Source of the DNA: Amphiscolops sp. MND2022
Taxonomy: Eukaryota
Assembly (NCBI GenBank): GCA_964187785.1
Contig: OZ076409.1
Span: 24,864,001-24,928,000, forward strand
Direction of reading: 5' to 3'
Length of the DNA: 64,000 nucleotides
In this document: in pieces, positions 60,706 to 64,000 of the stretch
Position numbering within the stretch: position 1 is the first letter of the stretch
Layout of the letters: every line of letters begins with the position of its first letter
Program-made: the position numbers and the translations under genes
The notes under the pieces: model-generated
What the model saw: the letters and a program-made list of their open reading frames with translations, nothing else
What the model was told of the DNA's origin: nothing
The model's database searches: none

Positions 60706-62699
60706 GTTATTTCCTTCATTTTCAAATTTTTGAGACGTTATTTTTGAATCATTTTTTTCTGCCATCTCAAGACAGTTGGTGCTGAAAGAGAATTGATACT
60801 TCGATGTTTCAACAATAGAATAAATATCTCACAGGATCAATAAATATATCCCTATTTATTCTATTCAACCATTAGTTTAGGTTGTTCCCTTGCAATACCT
60901 TAAATTTCGTAATAGGATCAACTCGAATATTATTTTTGTCTGCTGAATATTTCCATCATTTGCTCTTCCAACTAGCTTTTCAGCTTTTCAATTACTTTAG
61001 CAGGTGTTTCTGAACGTCAAATTTTCCCTCAAAAGCAAATCAATTGCACATTTATATAAGAAAGCGCAATTATCTCCTGAAAAATTGTGAATTTTGATAC
61101 AATTTGTCTCTGTCGCTTGCATGTCTAAATTTTCACGGCGTCTTTTAGGTATAATAATTGGAAGATAAATTGGGCCCAGGAGAAATGGCACCGATTCAAA
61201 GATGAGAGTAACAAAGTTTCTGTCTCGGAGTATAGCAACATTTTTTATCCCGATTTTTAGCCTAATTTTTTATCCCGAAGCAGTGAACCATAGATAAGAT
61301 TGAACTTTTTGGGAACGGCCCAAGTCAGCACCCCGCTCAAGGTTCGAAAGGATAAAATTTTTTGAATCTGTAAAAGACAATATTATTAAAATTTTATCAA
61401 TTTAACGGTGCCGAAAAATACCCAAAGGGATACGCATAAAACTCAAAAACCTCTTTTTCCCCAACTGAAAACAAGAAAACCCCATTGTTTTGAAAATTAA
61501 TTGGATATATCCTTTCGGCAAAGTCTCAAATTGCCAAAAAACCCAAAAGAAAATTCATGAAATTCGGTAAACGCTTTTTTCAAACGGGTGCCATTTTACA
61601 AAAAAAGAACTGTTTCAAGCAAAAGCCGTAGGTCTCTTGCACAATTATTGAGAAAACATTCATCAGTCCCAGTTGACTACGGAATAACCAGAGGACATCC
61701 GTGAAGTGGGAAATGGTTTTGTTAAAAAAACAGCTCAAAAAGAAACAAAATTGGATGAGAAAATTTTCCGAAAAATTGTCTCGGGTACGAAATAGTGCCA
61801 AAACCCTGAGAAGCTCTCTAGTCCTGCAAAACGTTTCGTTTCTGATAAAAATTGACGTGGAGCTTCGATAAAATGAGCACAGCGAGACGTCGGCCTGGCA
61901 AGCGGCCTCAGCTAGCTATACTTAATTCAATACTCCAATTCAATCCTTAATGCGTTCCTACCGATTACATGTAAATTATTTCATTACGTTCAAACAATTG
62001 TTGAAACAACGTAGAATATGTAACTGTTGCGAATAATACAATTACTCTGTGGAAAGTGCAGTAATCATGTAACTCGGCCCAGGACACCTCCCAGGCCAAA
62101 AGGATATTTAATTCATTGTAGGAATGGATAATGTTGGTGATATGAAAGATTTCCTTTCTTCCTAACAGAAGTAAAGCTTGATATGAGTGTTTGTAAAGGA
62201 CGGCCGTTAATTACATGCAGTTTATAGTACCAATTTTCATATAAACAATGTTTAATTTTTAAAGATCCCAGACCACGGCCTGGGACCGGGATTTCATCAC
62301 TTCTTGATTTTATCATCTAACGCCCTGAAATCCAGTGTTTCGACATATGCATAAAATTGTGCGGTGGTTTGAAGATTTTCTAATTAGATTGAGAGACAGT
62401 TTGTCCTCTGTGAATTTGAGTGTCATTCTTCTGTTTTCAATTTTCCTTTTGTCTGCTGTAACTTTGTGATTCATCTGTATACTGTCCTTGCCAAGTTCAG
62501 CTTCGGCGTCCCGAAAAGGCGGAAATTGGAAGCGAAGGGAAGCGGAGTCGCAACTCAGGCAGAAAGTGGAAACTTGCTTTCCTTGGGAAGCTTGAACAAA
62601 CTGAGAGTCTGATTTCGACAAAGCGGAACTGAACTTCCGGTTTCCCTGCCTTGGAAGGACGCCGGACTGAACGAGGCGTGAAGCTTGTGTGCAATTTCC

Positions 62700-63209
62700 A
62701 TCGCTCTTGCGAGCGGAAAGTATAAATACCCGTGATCTTGGAATTGATTTCAGTTAATAATTTTTGCAAATTTTTCGCCTTTTGATCCGTTTTTGATAAT
62801 CAATAAACCTTTCAAACTTTCAATTTTCTTCACTACCTAGTAGAAATATTCAAGCCGATATTTCCAGTCTAAGTCAATACTGTAAAACTAAAAATACCTG
62901 AAAGATCATCCAAAAGGAAAGCCAGAAGGGATTCCTCAACTAGTTCGCTAGACGAGCCTGAGGCTGCGAGTTTAAGAACCGAAAACGTTGCGAGCATTTC
63001 AGACGAAGATTTCTCCGAGATATCTAAATGGTTGAGAAATCTGTCAGCAGGAGAATAAAAGAAACTGAAATGAATCAAAGAGAGATTCTTAAGATGATAG
63101 AAAACCTATCTTCCGAAATTGACACACTGTCTGGCAAAGCACCTGGGACTACAGTTTCGGAAACGAACGAAAACCAATCCTGAGAACATGGCTTCTACCT
63201 CTAGATCGA
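62700..63209 (+). pseudogene. Probable further LTR remnant with a decayed gag-like N-terminus
   Basis: TATAAATA at ~62721, then PERSSKRKARRDSSTSSLDEPE...SDEDFSEISK/EKSVSRRIKETEMNQREILKMIENLSSEID (basic start plus coiled coil, one frameshift). The LTR start is not defined. Confidence 0.45.
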
Positions 63210-64000
63210 CGGAATTAAATGAATTGACCCAAGTTGGAGGTCACTACAGCTGGATTACATGGAAAAGCTTTTCTTCGAACCTCGACCTCCTTTTTAGTAA
63301 AACGCTATTTACTTCGGATATAACATTGGATGTTCAGATATTTAAAAAAAAAACATTATTCGTGTGTTCTCAATGTTTCGCTTTCAAAATGTTCCCGTTC
63401 GTTTGTTAAATTTAATGTTCTTTTGTCTTCGACTGAAAGCAACATAACTTTCGAAGTTTTGGAATTTCGGTGGAAAATAAATTTGTTTCTATTTTAAACC
63501 CTTTCCAACCCTTTCCTGGTTCAAAAATATAAGCAATCATGTTCCGTGATACATCGAAGTATCACTTTTTTTTCAATATAAACAAAAACAAAAAATATAT
63601 TTTGAAACGAAGAGATCTTTTATTTTGAAAATGATTCAAGACCTTATAAAATATTTAGAGAAATTGAACTAGCGCTTCTCTCTCTACTTCCGGATTTTAG
63701 CTGGCACTTTGGGAAGAAAAGAACCAACTATAGCAAATGTTTCTTTAAGACCAGCTAACTGACACATTTCTATAAGCACGTTTCTATCAGTTTCGAGTGG
63801 ATTCGAGCCTAGCACTAAACCAAAATGTTTTCAATTGAATGCCCCTAACATTTTGAAATACAGTTTTTTGATGTTTTCAGCTGGCGAAAACGTTTTTTTT
63901 TAATCTCACAGGTGTCCCTTCGAGTATTATCTAGCACTGTAAATTTGATAACATCCTCAAATTAGTGTCTCCTTGTGTGAACCTTCAGCGGGGCGCCAAC

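Overview
AT-rich, repeat-dense animal (invertebrate) genomic DNA with two 200-N gaps. The only recognisable host gene is a minus-strand innexin. Its exon 1 (22569-22707) and exon 2 (4591-4799, YYQWVP motif) are joined in frame across a 17.8-kb intron full of transposon debris. The main feature is a young, unusually complex Ty3/Gypsy LTR retrotransposon (33716-49271, minus strand) with 1550-bp LTRs in which I see no differences and a GTATT TSD. Besides PR-RT-RH-IN pol, it has four unusual parts. (i) A gag-like ORF starts inside the LTR. (ii) An antisense five-exon gene with four GT-AG introns encodes a ~1314-aa zinc-finger protein that looks like a catalytically dead hAT transposase. (iii) A 3' accessory ORF reads through the PPT into U3. 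(iv) About 20 copies of a 24-bp motif (TGCYGTC-N4-KGACN-N3-NGTCY) occur in both orientations in the LTRs, introns, spacers and coding linkers. Together these suggest an element-encoded DNA-binding protein with its own operator array (inference). The rest of the window holds Helentron/DINE-1-like non-autonomous elements, hAT and Tc1/mariner derivatives, LINE remnants, related LTR remnants, a perfect 158-bp palindrome and a 3.4-kb tandem duplication. All protein-family calls are by eye; no searches were run.
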